Positions 18,801 through 28,767 of a stretch of DNA of 64,000 nt are shown here, in pieces. Under the pieces are notes generated by a model that did no database searches, was not told the origin of the DNA, and saw only the letters and a program-made list of their open reading frames with translations. How positions within the stretch are numbered: position 1 is the stretch's first letter; the number at the start of each line of letters is the position of its first letter. A program made the position numbers and the translations under genes. Source of the DNA: a plasmid; the sequence record AP029161.1; one strand, 5' to 3'.

Positions 18801-19195
18801 TTTTTAAAAGGTGCTATTTTATTAAATAAGTCTGCTATAGTAATGTACGGAAAAACACCTATGCTCAACGATTAGGGCAACATCAAAAAAATACGATCCC
18901 AATGATATTTTGAATCGATGTAGCTTGTGTCCGCAGTTTAAGCAATCTGAAAATTAAAAATTTGTGGGCGGCCACATGGTGCGAAATTTTCTTTGAAAAT
19001 TATCGCACCTATCTTATCGCTAGTACAAGCATGTTAGTACTAGCGTCTTGTAGTCATGATCCTAGAAAAAAATAGTCGCCAGAGTATTTTAAACTTATAG
19101 TAAGTGAGATTTTAAAAATAGATGTTCCAATAGTCATCAGATTTTTTAATGAGCCTTAAAACGGCTTAAAATGATTTTGTTTATTTTTTATGCAT

Positions 19196-19624
19196 TTAGC
19201 GTTTTTTTAAAACAAGTTCCCATTCATAGCCCAGACCTTCAACGACTTTATTAAACGTAGAAATAGAAGGTTCACGCTTTCCATCTTCGTATTGTGAATA
19301 AGATGTTTTTGCGCAATTCAATTTGTCGGCAATTTTAGATTGTGAGAAATGTTCTTTATTCCTAATACTTTTGAATATTGTGGATGTAGCTAGTTTGAAG
19401 TTTTTAAACTTAATGTAAAATCGAACATCATCAACAATTTCAAGAGTAAAATCATCATCCTTAAATTTTTCTTTCGAATTACAATTGAACATTAAAAGTA
19501 ATCGATTGTTTAGTTTGCTAAAAAGATCTTCAACATCAGCCGTAGAGATTTCTAAAACATCAAGCAGTTCAATTTTTGCAATCCATCGTTCATTTTTAAA
19601 ATAGTATTGGCCTTCCAAGTTCAT
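19196..19624 (-). CDS. XRE-family HTH transcriptional regulator (repressor-like)
   Basis: C-terminal HTH …FSQSKIADKLNCAKTSYSQYEDGKREPSISTFNKV…. The palindrome operator lies 22 nt upstream. Confidence 0.6.
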   Translation of the reverse strand: MNLEGQYYFKNERWIAKIELLDVLEISTADVEDLFSKLNNRLLLMFNCNSKEKFKDDDFTLEIVDDVRFYIKFKNFKLATSTIFKSIRNKEHFSQSKIADKLNCAKTSYSQYEDGKREPSISTFNKVVEGLGYEWELVLKKR

Positions 19625-19645
19625 AAATTTTTCTCCTAAATTTCG

Positions 19646-19661
19646 ACAGTCAATTGACTGT
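19646..19661. promoter_or_regulatory. 16-bp palindrome ACAGTCAATTGACTGT copy 2, in the divergent region between the HTH regulator and 19684
   Basis: Exact copy of 398-413. Confidence 0.55.
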
Positions 19662-19683
19662 ATAAAAAATATTTATTTTTGCA

Positions 19684-20013
19684 ATGGATAAAAAAAAGTA
19701 TTTTTGTAAAAATTGGGAACAAATGGAGGGACCTATGCAAAATTATATTTCGGTCACAGAATCAGAAATTGAAAAAATTAAAAATGAATTTGAATTTTAC
19801 ATAAATAAATTGTCAGAGATAAGTTCAATTTTAAATAATGAAATGGAAGCTTCTTTAGTCCTTCTATCTGCTGCAAGAATAAATATAGATAATATAAATG
19901 ATAAGTTTAAAGTTGATTTTCCTTTGGCTGCTGAGCTATATAAAAATTTGTCTACACAGGTTAAAGATTTTGAAGATGAAATTGCAGCTCATATAATTGC
20001 GGCTAAAAAATAG
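19684..20013 (+). CDS. hypothetical protein
   Basis: ORF divergent from the regulator. Confidence 0.4.
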   Translation: MDKKKYFCKNWEQMEGPMQNYISVTESEIEKIKNEFEFYINKLSEISSILNNEMEASLVLLSAARINIDNINDKFKVDFPLAAELYKNLSTQVKDFEDEIAAHIIAAKK

Positions 20014-20581
20014 GGGTTTTATTATGGCTTTTAATTATAAAACAGCTTCCAAAGAAGAAAGACAAAATGAATTTAATAGGATTGCTAAAATTACAGGAGA
20101 TAATCAAATCCATACAAAAAAAGAGCTTCATTATCTTCCTGAGATTTTAAGAGATGATGAGGAATTACTTGCATTTTCATCTGGGTTTATGGACGGAAAT
20201 TCTTGGCTTATAGCTTTAACTGATAGAAGAATTATATTTTTAGATAAAGGAATGATTTATGGATTAAAACAATCATTTATTGATATTGATAAAATAAATT
20301 CAATTTCTTGCTCTTCTGGTATTTTATTTGGAGATATTATAGTAACAGATGGTGCAGTACAAAGAAATATTTCATATGTGGAAAAACATACTGTTAAATT
20401 ATTTACCAATAAAGTTCAAGAGGTTATAGATTCTAGGAAAAAAACTAAGGAAGATAATAAATACAACTTTAACCAAGGCTCAATTATTGAACAACTAGAA
20501 AAGTTAGCCGCTTTAAAAGACAAAGGAATTTTAACTCTATCTGAGTTCGAAAATCAAAAACAAAAATTACTTAATTTATAA
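19997..20581 (+). CDS. bacterial PH-like domain protein with C-terminal SHOCT domain
   Basis: C-terminus IEQLEKLAALKDKGILTLSEFENQKQKLL matches the SHOCT pattern. The middle segment …LIALTDRRIIFLDKG… is bPH-like. Confidence 0.45.
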   Translation: MRLKNRGFIMAFNYKTASKEERQNEFNRIAKITGDNQIHTKKELHYLPEILRDDEELLAFSSGFMDGNSWLIALTDRRIIFLDKGMIYGLKQSFIDIDKINSISCSSGILFGDIIVTDGAVQRNISYVEKHTVKLFTNKVQEVIDSRKKTKEDNKYNFNQGSIIEQLEKLAALKDKGILTLSEFENQKQKLLNL

Positions 20582-20635
20582 TTACTATTTGGACATTCCG
20601 TTTATCTCTTCTTAATATAAAAATTAGGAGGAGAT

Positions 20636-21994
20636 ATGAAAAAGATTCAAAATCTCAAAAAAACAAATGAATTAAATTTAGATGGCTGGCAAGATGTAAA
20701 GAGAGGTTTAAACTCTTTTAAAGACAAAAGAAATTCTATTCAATTAACTGATTTTTCGGTCAGTAAATCTTATGCTGATATTCTTTACAAAACCGATAGC
20801 CTAGCAAAAAAAATAGTTAACGAACCAGTTGAAGACTCGCTTAGAGAAGGTTTTAGTTATGTTCTTAAAAGAAAAAAAGAATCTGAAAAATTAAACCATG
20901 AGTTTAAACGTTTGCACTTAAGAAACAAAATAGAGTCAGCTTGGAAAGATGCAAGAAAATATGGAGGAGCTGTACTTCTTTTTGGGTTTGATGATGGAGA
21001 TACGTTAGTAAATGAATTGGAAATAGAAAAAATTAAAGGAATAAAATGGATACTTCCTTTTAATAAACATCAAATACAAGCAGAAGGAATTGATGAAAAT
21101 TTAGAGTCATCAAACTTCGGAAGACCTTTATTTTATAAATTTAACTATTCAAATAATTTTAAAGAAAATAACAATGTTGTAGAAAAATTCCACGCTTCAA
21201 GATGTATAGTTTTTGATGGAGATATTTTAGATTATGAAAGTTTTAAAAGAAATGGATTTTTTCACGAAAGCATTCTAACCTCAATTTATCCAGCCCTAAA
21301 AAATTACAATATAGCCCACGAAAGTATAGCCGCTGCATTTCCTGAAATATGGCAAGGAATTTATAAAATTCCGTCATTTATGGATGCAGTAGCTTCTAGC
21401 AATGAGGAATTAGTTAAAAAAAGAATCCAAATAATGGATGATATGCGCTCAAATTTTAGGGCATTAGTTTTAGGTGAAGGTGAAGATTTTGACAGAAAAG
21501 CTTTATCATTTGCAGGAATTCCTGAACTATTAAATAAAGTGACAGAAAGACTTGTTGCTGTAGCAAAAATGCCACACACAAAATTACTAGGTGAAGGTAG
21601 CCAAGGAAATACTAGCGGACGAACAGAGCAAACTGAATGGTACGATATTGTTTCTCACATTCAAGAACAATATCTACAACCTAAATTAGAAACTATTGGA
21701 GAGTATTTAAAACAATATATTTGTCAAGATAAAGAGCAGGAAATACAAATAGAATTTAATTCTTTGTACCAGCAAGATCCATTAAAAGAAGCTGATGTCT
21801 ATTTAAAATATGCACAAGCTGATAATCTTTATATTAATAACCAAACAATAGATCCGCATGAAGTAGCGCAATCAAGATTTAGTGGGCTTAAATTTGGAAA
21901 TAGAATTATTCTTGATAAAAAAATAAGAAAGGCTAATAAATTAACTTCTGAGATTACAGAAAATAATGGAAATAGCGAGCCAGAAAATGAATAG
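20636..21994 (+). CDS. putative portal protein
   Basis: Size 452 aa. Immediately precedes the MuF-like minor head gene. No motif-level proof. Confidence 0.45.
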   Translation: MKKIQNLKKTNELNLDGWQDVKRGLNSFKDKRNSIQLTDFSVSKSYADILYKTDSLAKKIVNEPVEDSLREGFSYVLKRKKESEKLNHEFKRLHLRNKIESAWKDARKYGGAVLLFGFDDGDTLVNELEIEKIKGIKWILPFNKHQIQAEGIDENLESSNFGRPLFYKFNYSNNFKENNNVVEKFHASRCIVFDGDILDYESFKRNGFFHESILTSIYPALKNYNIAHESIAAAFPEIWQGIYKIPSFMDAVASSNEELVKKRIQIMDDMRSNFRALVLGEGEDFDRKALSFAGIPELLNKVTERLVAVAKMPHTKLLGEGSQGNTSGRTEQTEWYDIVSHIQEQYLQPKLETIGEYLKQYICQDKEQEIQIEFNSLYQQDPLKEADVYLKYAQADNLYINNQTIDPHEVAQSRFSGLKFGNRIILDKKIRKANKLTSEITENNGNSEPENE

Positions 21995-22829
21995 CATTCA
22001 ATTTATTGAATATGCTCTTTTGAATTCAAAACCAAATTTAAAAGTCAGAATTCAAGCTGAACCTCCAATTTCTCTTGAACGTCAATTTCAAAATGAAGTT
22101 CAAAATTTAGTAAAACCATTTTTTAAGAAATTTAGAAATGATTTACTTTTAAAATATAACAATTGGAATGATAAATATTCTTTAAATTTAGATTCTGAAG
22201 ATGAAGAAGATAAGAGTGATATTGAAATATTTTTCAGTAATATTTTAAAAGGATTAGGAATTTATTTTAGCTATAAAGTTTTAAAATCATTAATTAGTAA
22301 TTTTGCACAAAAGATTTTTTTCTTTTCAAAAAACAAATTATCTAATCAGTTGGAAAAAATATTTGGATTGAAGCCATTTTATAGTCAAGAAAATTTAAAA
22401 ATAGCAATTAATTTATGGGTGGAAAAGAACATAACTAAATTGAATAATAATTTAATTCAGTATGTAAATAATAATAAACTTACAATTTATTCAATGCTTG
22501 AAAAAGAAGAAAAAGGAAAAGATTATTTAAAAAAACAAGTAATTGAAAATGAATTTAAATTTGAGTCTTCCATTGCCTTCTTAGCTCGTGATCAGGTTTC
22601 TGGGCTTGACGGCTTATTAACTAAAATTTTGCATGCGGAAATAGGTTTGGACGATTTTATATGGTCAACATGCAGAGATGACAAAGTAAGACCCACACAT
22701 CGAGCACTAGAAGGTAAGCTATGTTCTTGGTCTAACTTACCGAAATCAAATGGAATTTATATATATCCAAGTTCAGAAAATGGTTGTAGATGTGTTGCTC
22801 GCCCATTAGTTAGTCGCAAATTAATTTAG
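21966..22829 (+). CDS. MuF-like (SPP1 gp7 family) minor head protein
   Basis: C-terminal …CRDDKVRPTHRALEGK…ENGCRCV… resembles the Phage_Mu_F signature. Confidence 0.55.
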   Translation: MEIASQKMNSIQFIEYALLNSKPNLKVRIQAEPPISLERQFQNEVQNLVKPFFKKFRNDLLLKYNNWNDKYSLNLDSEDEEDKSDIEIFFSNILKGLGIYFSYKVLKSLISNFAQKIFFFSKNKLSNQLEKIFGLKPFYSQENLKIAINLWVEKNITKLNNNLIQYVNNNKLTIYSMLEKEEKGKDYLKKQVIENEFKFESSIAFLARDQVSGLDGLLTKILHAEIGLDDFIWSTCRDDKVRPTHRALEGKLCSWSNLPKSNGIYIYPSSENGCRCVARPLVSRKLI

Positions 22830-22838
22830 ACAGTCCGT
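22823..22838 (+). promoter_or_regulatory. late-operon motif copy b
   Basis: AATTTAGACAGTCCGT overlapping the MuF stop codon. Located 22 nt upstream of the 22860 ORF. Confidence 0.5.
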
Positions 22839-22859
22839 TTTTAATTAAATATTTTTTAA

Positions 22860-23975
22860 TTGATTCAAGAAAATAATTTTTTGAATCCAATGGAGATTTT
22901 TTTAATGAGTGCCAATGTTTTTCCAAGTTACTCAAGGCAAGTAACAAATTATACTTTACAAAGTGAAGAGAGTGAATCTATTAATTTGCAAGGTTTGCAA
23001 TTTAACTATAATGAGTCTCAATTTATAGCTACAGTTAACAATAAATATGAGAAAATTATTAACTTTAAAAGAGAAGGTAATAATATATTTTTTGAAACTG
23101 ATTCTTTGTTAATCACGCCAGATAGTGGCAAACCTACAACTAATATTATTGTCAAAAATAAAACGAAACAAATACTTTCTTATAACTTATATGTAGTTCC
23201 ATGGTGTGATACTTATTTTGATGAAATTTGTGATATTAAGAAATCGATAGCAAATAGCTCATTTAATTTTAATAAAACATTTCCATCTATTGAGTTTATA
23301 CCATCTAATTCTATTACTACCTTAACTCATAATTTAAATAGAAGTGTCGCTGATCTGACAGTTAGGATTTTAGACTTTTCTGAAAATCCAACTATTAAGA
23401 GGCCAATATATGGTAAATTTATTGGTGGTATTTTTAATTATGAAAATGTTGTTATCTCACAAAATGTTTTAAACCCAAATAATGCTATTGATGTTAAATT
23501 TAATTCAGACGTAAAGCCAAGCTATTGTCTCATGAAATTAGAAGGTAGAAATTTAACATTAGAATTTCTCGATAGTCAAAATAAAAACTTTAACTTTTCA
23601 AATAGAAATTTAGACCAAGGTGCTTCTGATTTATTAAAACACAATTTAAACATTGATATTTCAGTCTTGCCAATCCATGTGAAAATTGAGTACTTAGTAA
23701 ATGGAAAAGCTGTTTTTGTCCCTGCTAACAAACCTAGAACATTAAAATTTAGCAAGATTGGAAATAGCACGTTAGCTAATCTTTTGAATCAAGATATTCT
23801 TTCAGACTCAGGAAATATTGTATTAATTATTTCAAATGAAAATCCTAAAAAAGAAATCACAATCAGCAATAATGTTGGATTAATTGCAAATAATTTTAAA
23901 TCAATTGGTTATACAATTGATGTTAATGAGGTATTTGTTGGATTAACTTTGCACATTGAATTAAAACAAGAATAA
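22860..23975 (+). CDS. hypothetical N/S/T-rich protein (371 aa), late-expressed; possibly virion-associated
   Basis: ORF. The start codon is uncertain (TTG at 22860, ATG at 22890 or 22904). Confidence 0.4.
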   Translation: MIQENNFLNPMEIFLMSANVFPSYSRQVTNYTLQSEESESINLQGLQFNYNESQFIATVNNKYEKIINFKREGNNIFFETDSLLITPDSGKPTTNIIVKNKTKQILSYNLYVVPWCDTYFDEICDIKKSIANSSFNFNKTFPSIEFIPSNSITTLTHNLNRSVADLTVRILDFSENPTIKRPIYGKFIGGIFNYENVVISQNVLNPNNAIDVKFNSDVKPSYCLMKLEGRNLTLEFLDSQNKNFNFSNRNLDQGASDLLKHNLNIDISVLPIHVKIEYLVNGKAVFVPANKPRTLKFSKIGNSTLANLLNQDILSDSGNIVLIISNENPKKEITISNNVGLIANNFKSIGYTIDVNEVFVGLTLHIELKQE

Positions 23976-23987
23976 GAAGGAAATAGA

Positions 23988-24206
23988 ATGAAAAATATTG
24001 AATCACTAAACGTTTCTGACTTAAATTTAGTAAATAAAAATCAAGAAATCATTGAGAATAAATTAAACTCTATAATCATTCAATTCAATGAATTAAAAGA
24101 GGAATTTAAAAAAATACCAATTGGAGCAAGTGCTTCTTCATTATCTGATTTGCAATTAAAATTAAATAACTTAGAAATAAAGCTTAACAATATTATAGGA
24201 GAATAG
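23988..24206 (+). CDS. small coiled-coil protein
   Basis: ORF only. Confidence 0.35.
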   Translation: MKNIESLNVSDLNLVNKNQEIIENKLNSIIIQFNELKEEFKKIPIGASASSLSDLQLKLNNLEIKLNNIIGE

Positions 24207-24207
24207 T

Positions 24208-24981
24208 GTGATTGATTTGTTTGATAAGTTACAACTTAATATCTTAAAAGTTAATAAACTTTTAGAAAAAAAAGTAAATAAAGTTTTTTATGATACTACT
24301 GAATATAAATCAAAAGTAAACGGTGATATAGAGATTAAAGCGATTTCTAAAGGTAATCCAGTTCAACAAAATGTAGTTATAGGTAATAACAATATATCGA
24401 TTTATAAAGATTTTATTGGAGGAATATTTATTGATTCTTTCCTTGGAAAGTCAAAAGAATCTGATGTTTTTGGTAGTAGTATAAGAAGATTCTATGATGG
24501 TAGAAATGGAACTGAATATACATATAAATTAAAAATTAGCAAGAATGATACAATAAAAATTTCTAATTTGGAAAGCAATAGTAACTCAAAAATTACAAAT
24601 CCAAAAATACAAATTAATAATAAAGATGTAACCACAAACGTATATTCAGAATTAATAAATTATCAAATGACTGAAGTGACTTCAGCTTCAGATAATAAAA
24701 GATTTGATAATTTTACGGTTGGAGAAATTTATAATTATTCATTATACGAAAGAAATTATAATGGAAAATCTCCGGGTGAAGGAGGAAAAGTAGGTAGATT
24801 TAAATTTAGATATTTAGGAAAAACAGAAGGTACAATTTATAAACTTGATACTTATGACATTGAAATAATTGAAAAAGAAGGAGATGGAGTTCCATTCCCT
24901 CATGGTCAAGTGAGTATTTCTTTTAAATTAGATATTGATTTAATTAATTTTGATTCAAATATAGTGAAAGGTATAAAATGA
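24208..24981 (+). CDS. hypothetical protein (257 aa)
   Basis: ORF only. Confidence 0.4.
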   Translation: MIDLFDKLQLNILKVNKLLEKKVNKVFYDTTEYKSKVNGDIEIKAISKGNPVQQNVVIGNNNISIYKDFIGGIFIDSFLGKSKESDVFGSSIRRFYDGRNGTEYTYKLKISKNDTIKISNLESNSNSKITNPKIQINNKDVTTNVYSELINYQMTEVTSASDNKRFDNFTVGEIYNYSLYERNYNGKSPGEGGKVGRFKFRYLGKTEGTIYKLDTYDIEIIEKEGDGVPFPHGQVSISFKLDIDLINFDSNIVKGIK

Positions 24982-25262
24982 GATCCTTAGTTGAAATAAG
25001 AAAAATAACTTACTTAAAAATAAACAACTGCATAGAACTAATTAATGAGTTGAATAAGATACTAGATTTAAACTCTGAGGAAATCAAAAAAGAAGAAGAA
25101 AATAAAAATAAAATTTCTTTACCATACCTCGATAGTTCAATAGTCTTATGTGAGAATTTAATTTCCGAATTGAAGAGAAAAGTTTATTTAGTTGATTATT
25201 TGTCAAAAAAGAATAATGAATGCATAGAAAAGTATAACTTATTGATGGAGAAAATTAGCTAA
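24978..25262 (+). CDS. small coiled-coil protein
   Basis: Overlapping start/stop codons suggest translational coupling. Confidence 0.35.
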   Translation: MRSLVEIRKITYLKINNCIELINELNKILDLNSEEIKKEEENKNKISLPYLDSSIVLCENLISELKRKVYLVDYLSKKNNECIEKYNLLMEKIS

Positions 25263-25837
25263 TGAGTTTGACTATTAAATCAATTGATGAAAAATTAAGT
25301 AATATAGTTACTGAAACAGATAGTCTTTTCGATAAAGCTAGATATCTAGTAAAAAACGATAAAGATATTTTTATTAAATTGATGGAGTTTGAAAAAAATA
25401 TTGATTTATTTTTGAATAATATTCCAGATGTTTTTGAAAATAATTCAGTTTTTATTAAATTAAAAGAAGATAAAATTCCAGAAATTATAGTAAAATTTAA
25501 ACAGATTTTAATTGAATGTGGTTGTTTGGAATTATCTAATCTTGGAAATTCTGAAAGAAATTTTTTAATAAAAGATAAAAATGAAAAAACATTATTAGGT
25601 CTACTATTAATAGATAAAATGAAATATAAACAATATTTTGGAGATCCTGAAGATCTAAATTTAGAAGAGCTTATAAAAACAAATTCAGAAATTAAGAATG
25701 CAGTAAAATCTATTTATAATGTTTTCAAAGATGCTAAAATAGAAAAGAAACTTAAGTTTGAACTATTTAGTGATATTGATATAATAAAAATTAAAAATAG
25801 AGTAAAAAAATATTATGATATTGCAAAACAATTATAG
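25262..25837 (+). CDS. hypothetical protein (191 aa)
   Basis: ORF only. Confidence 0.4.
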   Translation: MSLTIKSIDEKLSNIVTETDSLFDKARYLVKNDKDIFIKLMEFEKNIDLFLNNIPDVFENNSVFIKLKEDKIPEIIVKFKQILIECGCLELSNLGNSERNFLIKDKNEKTLLGLLLIDKMKYKQYFGDPEDLNLEELIKTNSEIKNAVKSIYNVFKDAKIEKKLKFELFSDIDIIKIKNRVKKYYDIAKQL

Positions 25838-25843
25838 ATACTT

Positions 25844-26644
25844 TTATTTTTCAATATAATATTCTAATGTAAAATTACTAAATACTCTGCATGTATCGTT
25901 ATTTGTACAATCCCCATAAGATCCAAATCTAAATCCATTAACACGAAGTAAAATAAAGTCTAAACCCTTAATAGGCAATTTCTTTACTTCGTTGTTTTGG
26001 ATTTTTTCAGCCACTTCAGAGCAGCTGCCTGCATTTTTGTATTTAATTGTATCGATAGCAAATTCAAAAGTTGAATACAATCCTTTGAAAGATTTGTAGC
26101 ACAATAAATAACTACTAGTATGATATGAATTTCCAACTGTTCCCCATATTCCAATATCTATGTGATATTTATCGTCAGAACCTTTTCCATCAACTGATTT
26201 TATTGGATCGAATGCAATTTTATCAGGAATCTTGATAAATGAATGCTTATCATTTGGAAATAGAGAAGATTTAGAAATTGAGTAATTTGTTGAATCAAAT
26301 ATTCCATCTGATTCAACTAGATTTTTATAATCAAAATCAGCATTTATCTCAGCATCAATTTTAAAATCTGATGTTTCATTGTTTAGAGTTAATTTCCCAT
26401 TTCCAAAATGCAAAACAGATTCTTTTTCTTTAACCGCAATTGGATGAAAATCAGGTGGATTTACTGGCGGTAATGGTGCTTCTGGCTCTAATGGTGGAGG
26501 ATTAACTGGTTTATTTTGAGTTGGTGTTTCTATATTTTCACTTCCTGCATTTGAAGCGTTACCGCTACTTTTTTGATTTTCACCTTTATTACAAGAAACA
26601 GTAAGTAAAGGAATTAAAAGAAAAGGAAGCATCATTTTTGACAT
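25844..26644 (-). CDS. lipoprotein with Pro-rich linker (candidate superinfection-exclusion protein)
   Basis: Signal peptide plus lipobox LLTVSC. Linker PPPLEPEAPLPPVNPP. Antisense to the late genes. Confidence 0.5.
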   Translation of the reverse strand: MSKMMLPFLLIPLLTVSCNKGENQKSSGNASNAGSENIETPTQNKPVNPPPLEPEAPLPPVNPPDFHPIAVKEKESVLHFGNGKLTLNNETSDFKIDAEINADFDYKNLVESDGIFDSTNYSISKSSLFPNDKHSFIKIPDKIAFDPIKSVDGKGSDDKYHIDIGIWGTVGNSYHTSSYLLCYKSFKGLYSTFEFAIDTIKYKNAGSCSEVAEKIQNNEVKKLPIKGLDFILLRVNGFRFGSYGDCTNNDTCRVFSNFTLEYYIEK

Positions 26645-26735
26645 ATATTTTTCCTTAAAAAAACAATTAAATATTAAATTAAACTTAATGAATATAGCAT
26701 GTTTAAGAATTTTATCAACATTTTTAAATAATTAT

Positions 26736-27089
26736 TTAGGCAAGCAGATCTTCAAACAGGTCTTTCAATTTGCTTGAAGAATGTTTCGAGTAAAGTTTAA
26801 CAAGTTTTCTAAACTTTTCATGACTAAATTTTTTCTTAACTTTTCCATTTTTTATCAAGTCAAGATATTTATTTTTAATTTTATTGCTACAGTATAAAGA
26901 TTTTTTCGTTTTATTTATTTTAATATAGCCATCATGTTTAAAATTATTCCTTTTAAAAAACATAGTAATAGCTGAATGACTTGTGCCAAGTAATTCAGAT
27001 AATTCATAAAGAGTGTATTGTTGATTTGGATTTAAATTTAATATTTTTTCTGACCATTTAGGAAGAGGTCTTCCTCCTTTAAATTCCAT
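26736..27089 (-). CDS. small basic DNA-binding-like protein, paralog of 27089-27493
   Basis: Shared N-terminal pattern W…LNP…YTLYELSELLGTSHSAI versus W…LDP…YSFEDLSLIFNKSKNAI. Confidence 0.4.
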   Translation of the reverse strand: MEFKGGRPLPKWSEKILNLNPNQQYTLYELSELLGTSHSAITMFFKRNNFKHDGYIKINKTKKSLYCSNKIKNKYLDLIKNGKVKKKFSHEKFRKLVKLYSKHSSSKLKDLFEDLLA

Positions 27090-27493
27090 TATTTCTCCAA
27101 TATTTTACACAGTTCTTTTGCTATATTTTTGTCTGACTTAGCACTAATCGTTAAAAATAGATTAATTTTATGTTCAAGTTTTTCTTTTCTCTTAGCTATT
27201 TTTTTTATATCGCATACAATTAATTCATCAACAAGACCTTTTTCTCTCAATAGTTTTTTTTGTATTCCTGTTCTTATGTCTTGACCTAAAAAAAGACAAA
27301 CTCTCGATCTTAAATGTATTTTGCGATATCGCGATGGTTTAATTTTTGCTTTTCTTATTTGACCTTCAATAGCATTCTTACTTTTATTGAAGATAAGACT
27401 TAAATCTTCAAATGAATATTCGATAGTAGGATCTAAATCAAAAAATCCCGTTACCCAATCAGCAAAAGATCTTCCTCTATATGTCTTTATCAA
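27089..27493 (-). CDS. small basic DNA-binding-like protein, TTG start preceded by the conserved early leader
   Basis: Leader ttcagttctccctatggg at 27494-27511 in minus orientation. Confidence 0.45.
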   Translation of the reverse strand: MIKTYRGRSFADWVTGFFDLDPTIEYSFEDLSLIFNKSKNAIEGQIRKAKIKPSRYRKIHLRSRVCLFLGQDIRTGIQKKLLREKGLVDELIVCDIKKIAKRKEKLEHKINLFLTISAKSDKNIAKELCKILEK

Positions 27494-27566
27494 TTCAGTT
27501 CTCCCTATGGGATTGGTTTTACATTGACGGACTGTCTAAATTGTTTAGTTAAAGAGACTGTCCGTC
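27494..27566. promoter_or_regulatory. divergent regulatory region: early-type leader (27494-27511, minus orientation), late motif copy c in minus orientation (27527-27542), variant GACTGTCCGT in plus orientation (27556-27565)
   Basis: Head-to-head arrangement between the divergent operons 27493← and 27601→. Confidence 0.5.
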
Positions 27567-27600
27567 AAAGTGCTTTTATATTGAGCTATGAGGAGGCTTC

Positions 27601-28767
27601 ATGTCAACTGGGTACAATTTTGTAAAAATAAATACCGACAAACCGCACATAACATCGCAGGGTTTTTTAAGATGCAAGGTTGCAGCAAGTAAAACAGGAG
27701 TCTTCACTTATTATGATAAGCACGGAAAAATTAGAAGAGAGTTAAGACTACCAGAGGAAGTCTTTAATAAAGATAGCATGGCTAGTTTGGCGAATATTCC
27801 TTTTACTAATGATCATCCTTTAGAAGCTGTTAATGCTTTTAATTCAGAAAAATATACTAAGGGTTTTACAGATTCTACAGTTCAACAAAATAAAGATTTA
27901 CTAGAAACCTACGTAACTATTACTGATGCAAAACTAATTCAAAATATTTTAGATGGAAAAAAAGAAGCATCAGCAGGATATTCGAGGGATTTAGAATATA
28001 AAAGCGGAGAATACGAAGGAAAACCATACGACTGCATTCAAAGAAATATTCGCTACAACCATTTAGCTCTCGTAAATAAAGGTAGAGCAAATAAAGATGA
28101 AGAATTAGCAAGAGTAAAGTTAATTTTAGATTCAGCAGATGCTGAAGATGATATTTCGATAGAAATAGAAAATGAAAATTTAAATAGTTTAGAAAAAGAA
28201 GGAGAAAAATTTTCTATGAAGTTAAATTTAGATGGTATTGATCACGAATTTACAGATGCTAATTTAGCAATTGCTGTAAATGATAAAATAAATAAAGATC
28301 TATTAAAAATAAATGAACTAAAAAATGCAAATGAAGATTTTAAGAAAAAGCTTGATGCTGTTAGTGCAGAAAAAGACGCTCTTAAGCTTAATTTAGATTC
28401 ATTAAGCAATGAAATTAATGAATTGAAAAACGCTCCAAAAATTGATGATAAATTGATATTAGAAAAAGCAAACGAATTAATTGAAGTTAAATCTTTTGTG
28501 GCTAGAGCCTTACCAAAGCTAAATCTAGACGGACTCAGTGCGGAAGAAATCAGAAAACAATTTGTCTCAGAAAAATTTGGAAAAGAACATACTAGTGACA
28601 AATCGATTGATTACATCAGAGCTTCATTTGATGCGTTTAAGAAATTAAATAACGTTACTAATAATGATGCAGAAGCAAAAGCAGTGGCGAGTCATTTTCA
28701 AAATAGCACTAATGATTCAAGAGCTTCAGCAAGAGATAATTATATGAATAAATTTTCTGGTAAATAA
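27601..28767 (+). CDS. putative capsid scaffolding / prohead core protein (coiled-coil C-terminal half)
   Basis: Position upstream of the capsid genes. N-terminal …GVFTYYDKHGKIRRELRLPEEVF…IPFTNDHP DUF2213-like segment. Long K/E/L-rich coiled coil. Confidence 0.45.
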   Translation: MSTGYNFVKINTDKPHITSQGFLRCKVAASKTGVFTYYDKHGKIRRELRLPEEVFNKDSMASLANIPFTNDHPLEAVNAFNSEKYTKGFTDSTVQQNKDLLETYVTITDAKLIQNILDGKKEASAGYSRDLEYKSGEYEGKPYDCIQRNIRYNHLALVNKGRANKDEELARVKLILDSADAEDDISIEIENENLNSLEKEGEKFSMKLNLDGIDHEFTDANLAIAVNDKINKDLLKINELKNANEDFKKKLDAVSAEKDALKLNLDSLSNEINELKNAPKIDDKLILEKANELIEVKSFVARALPKLNLDGLSAEEIRKQFVSEKFGKEHTSDKSIDYIRASFDAFKKLNNVTNNDAEAKAVASHFQNSTNDSRASARDNYMNKFSGK

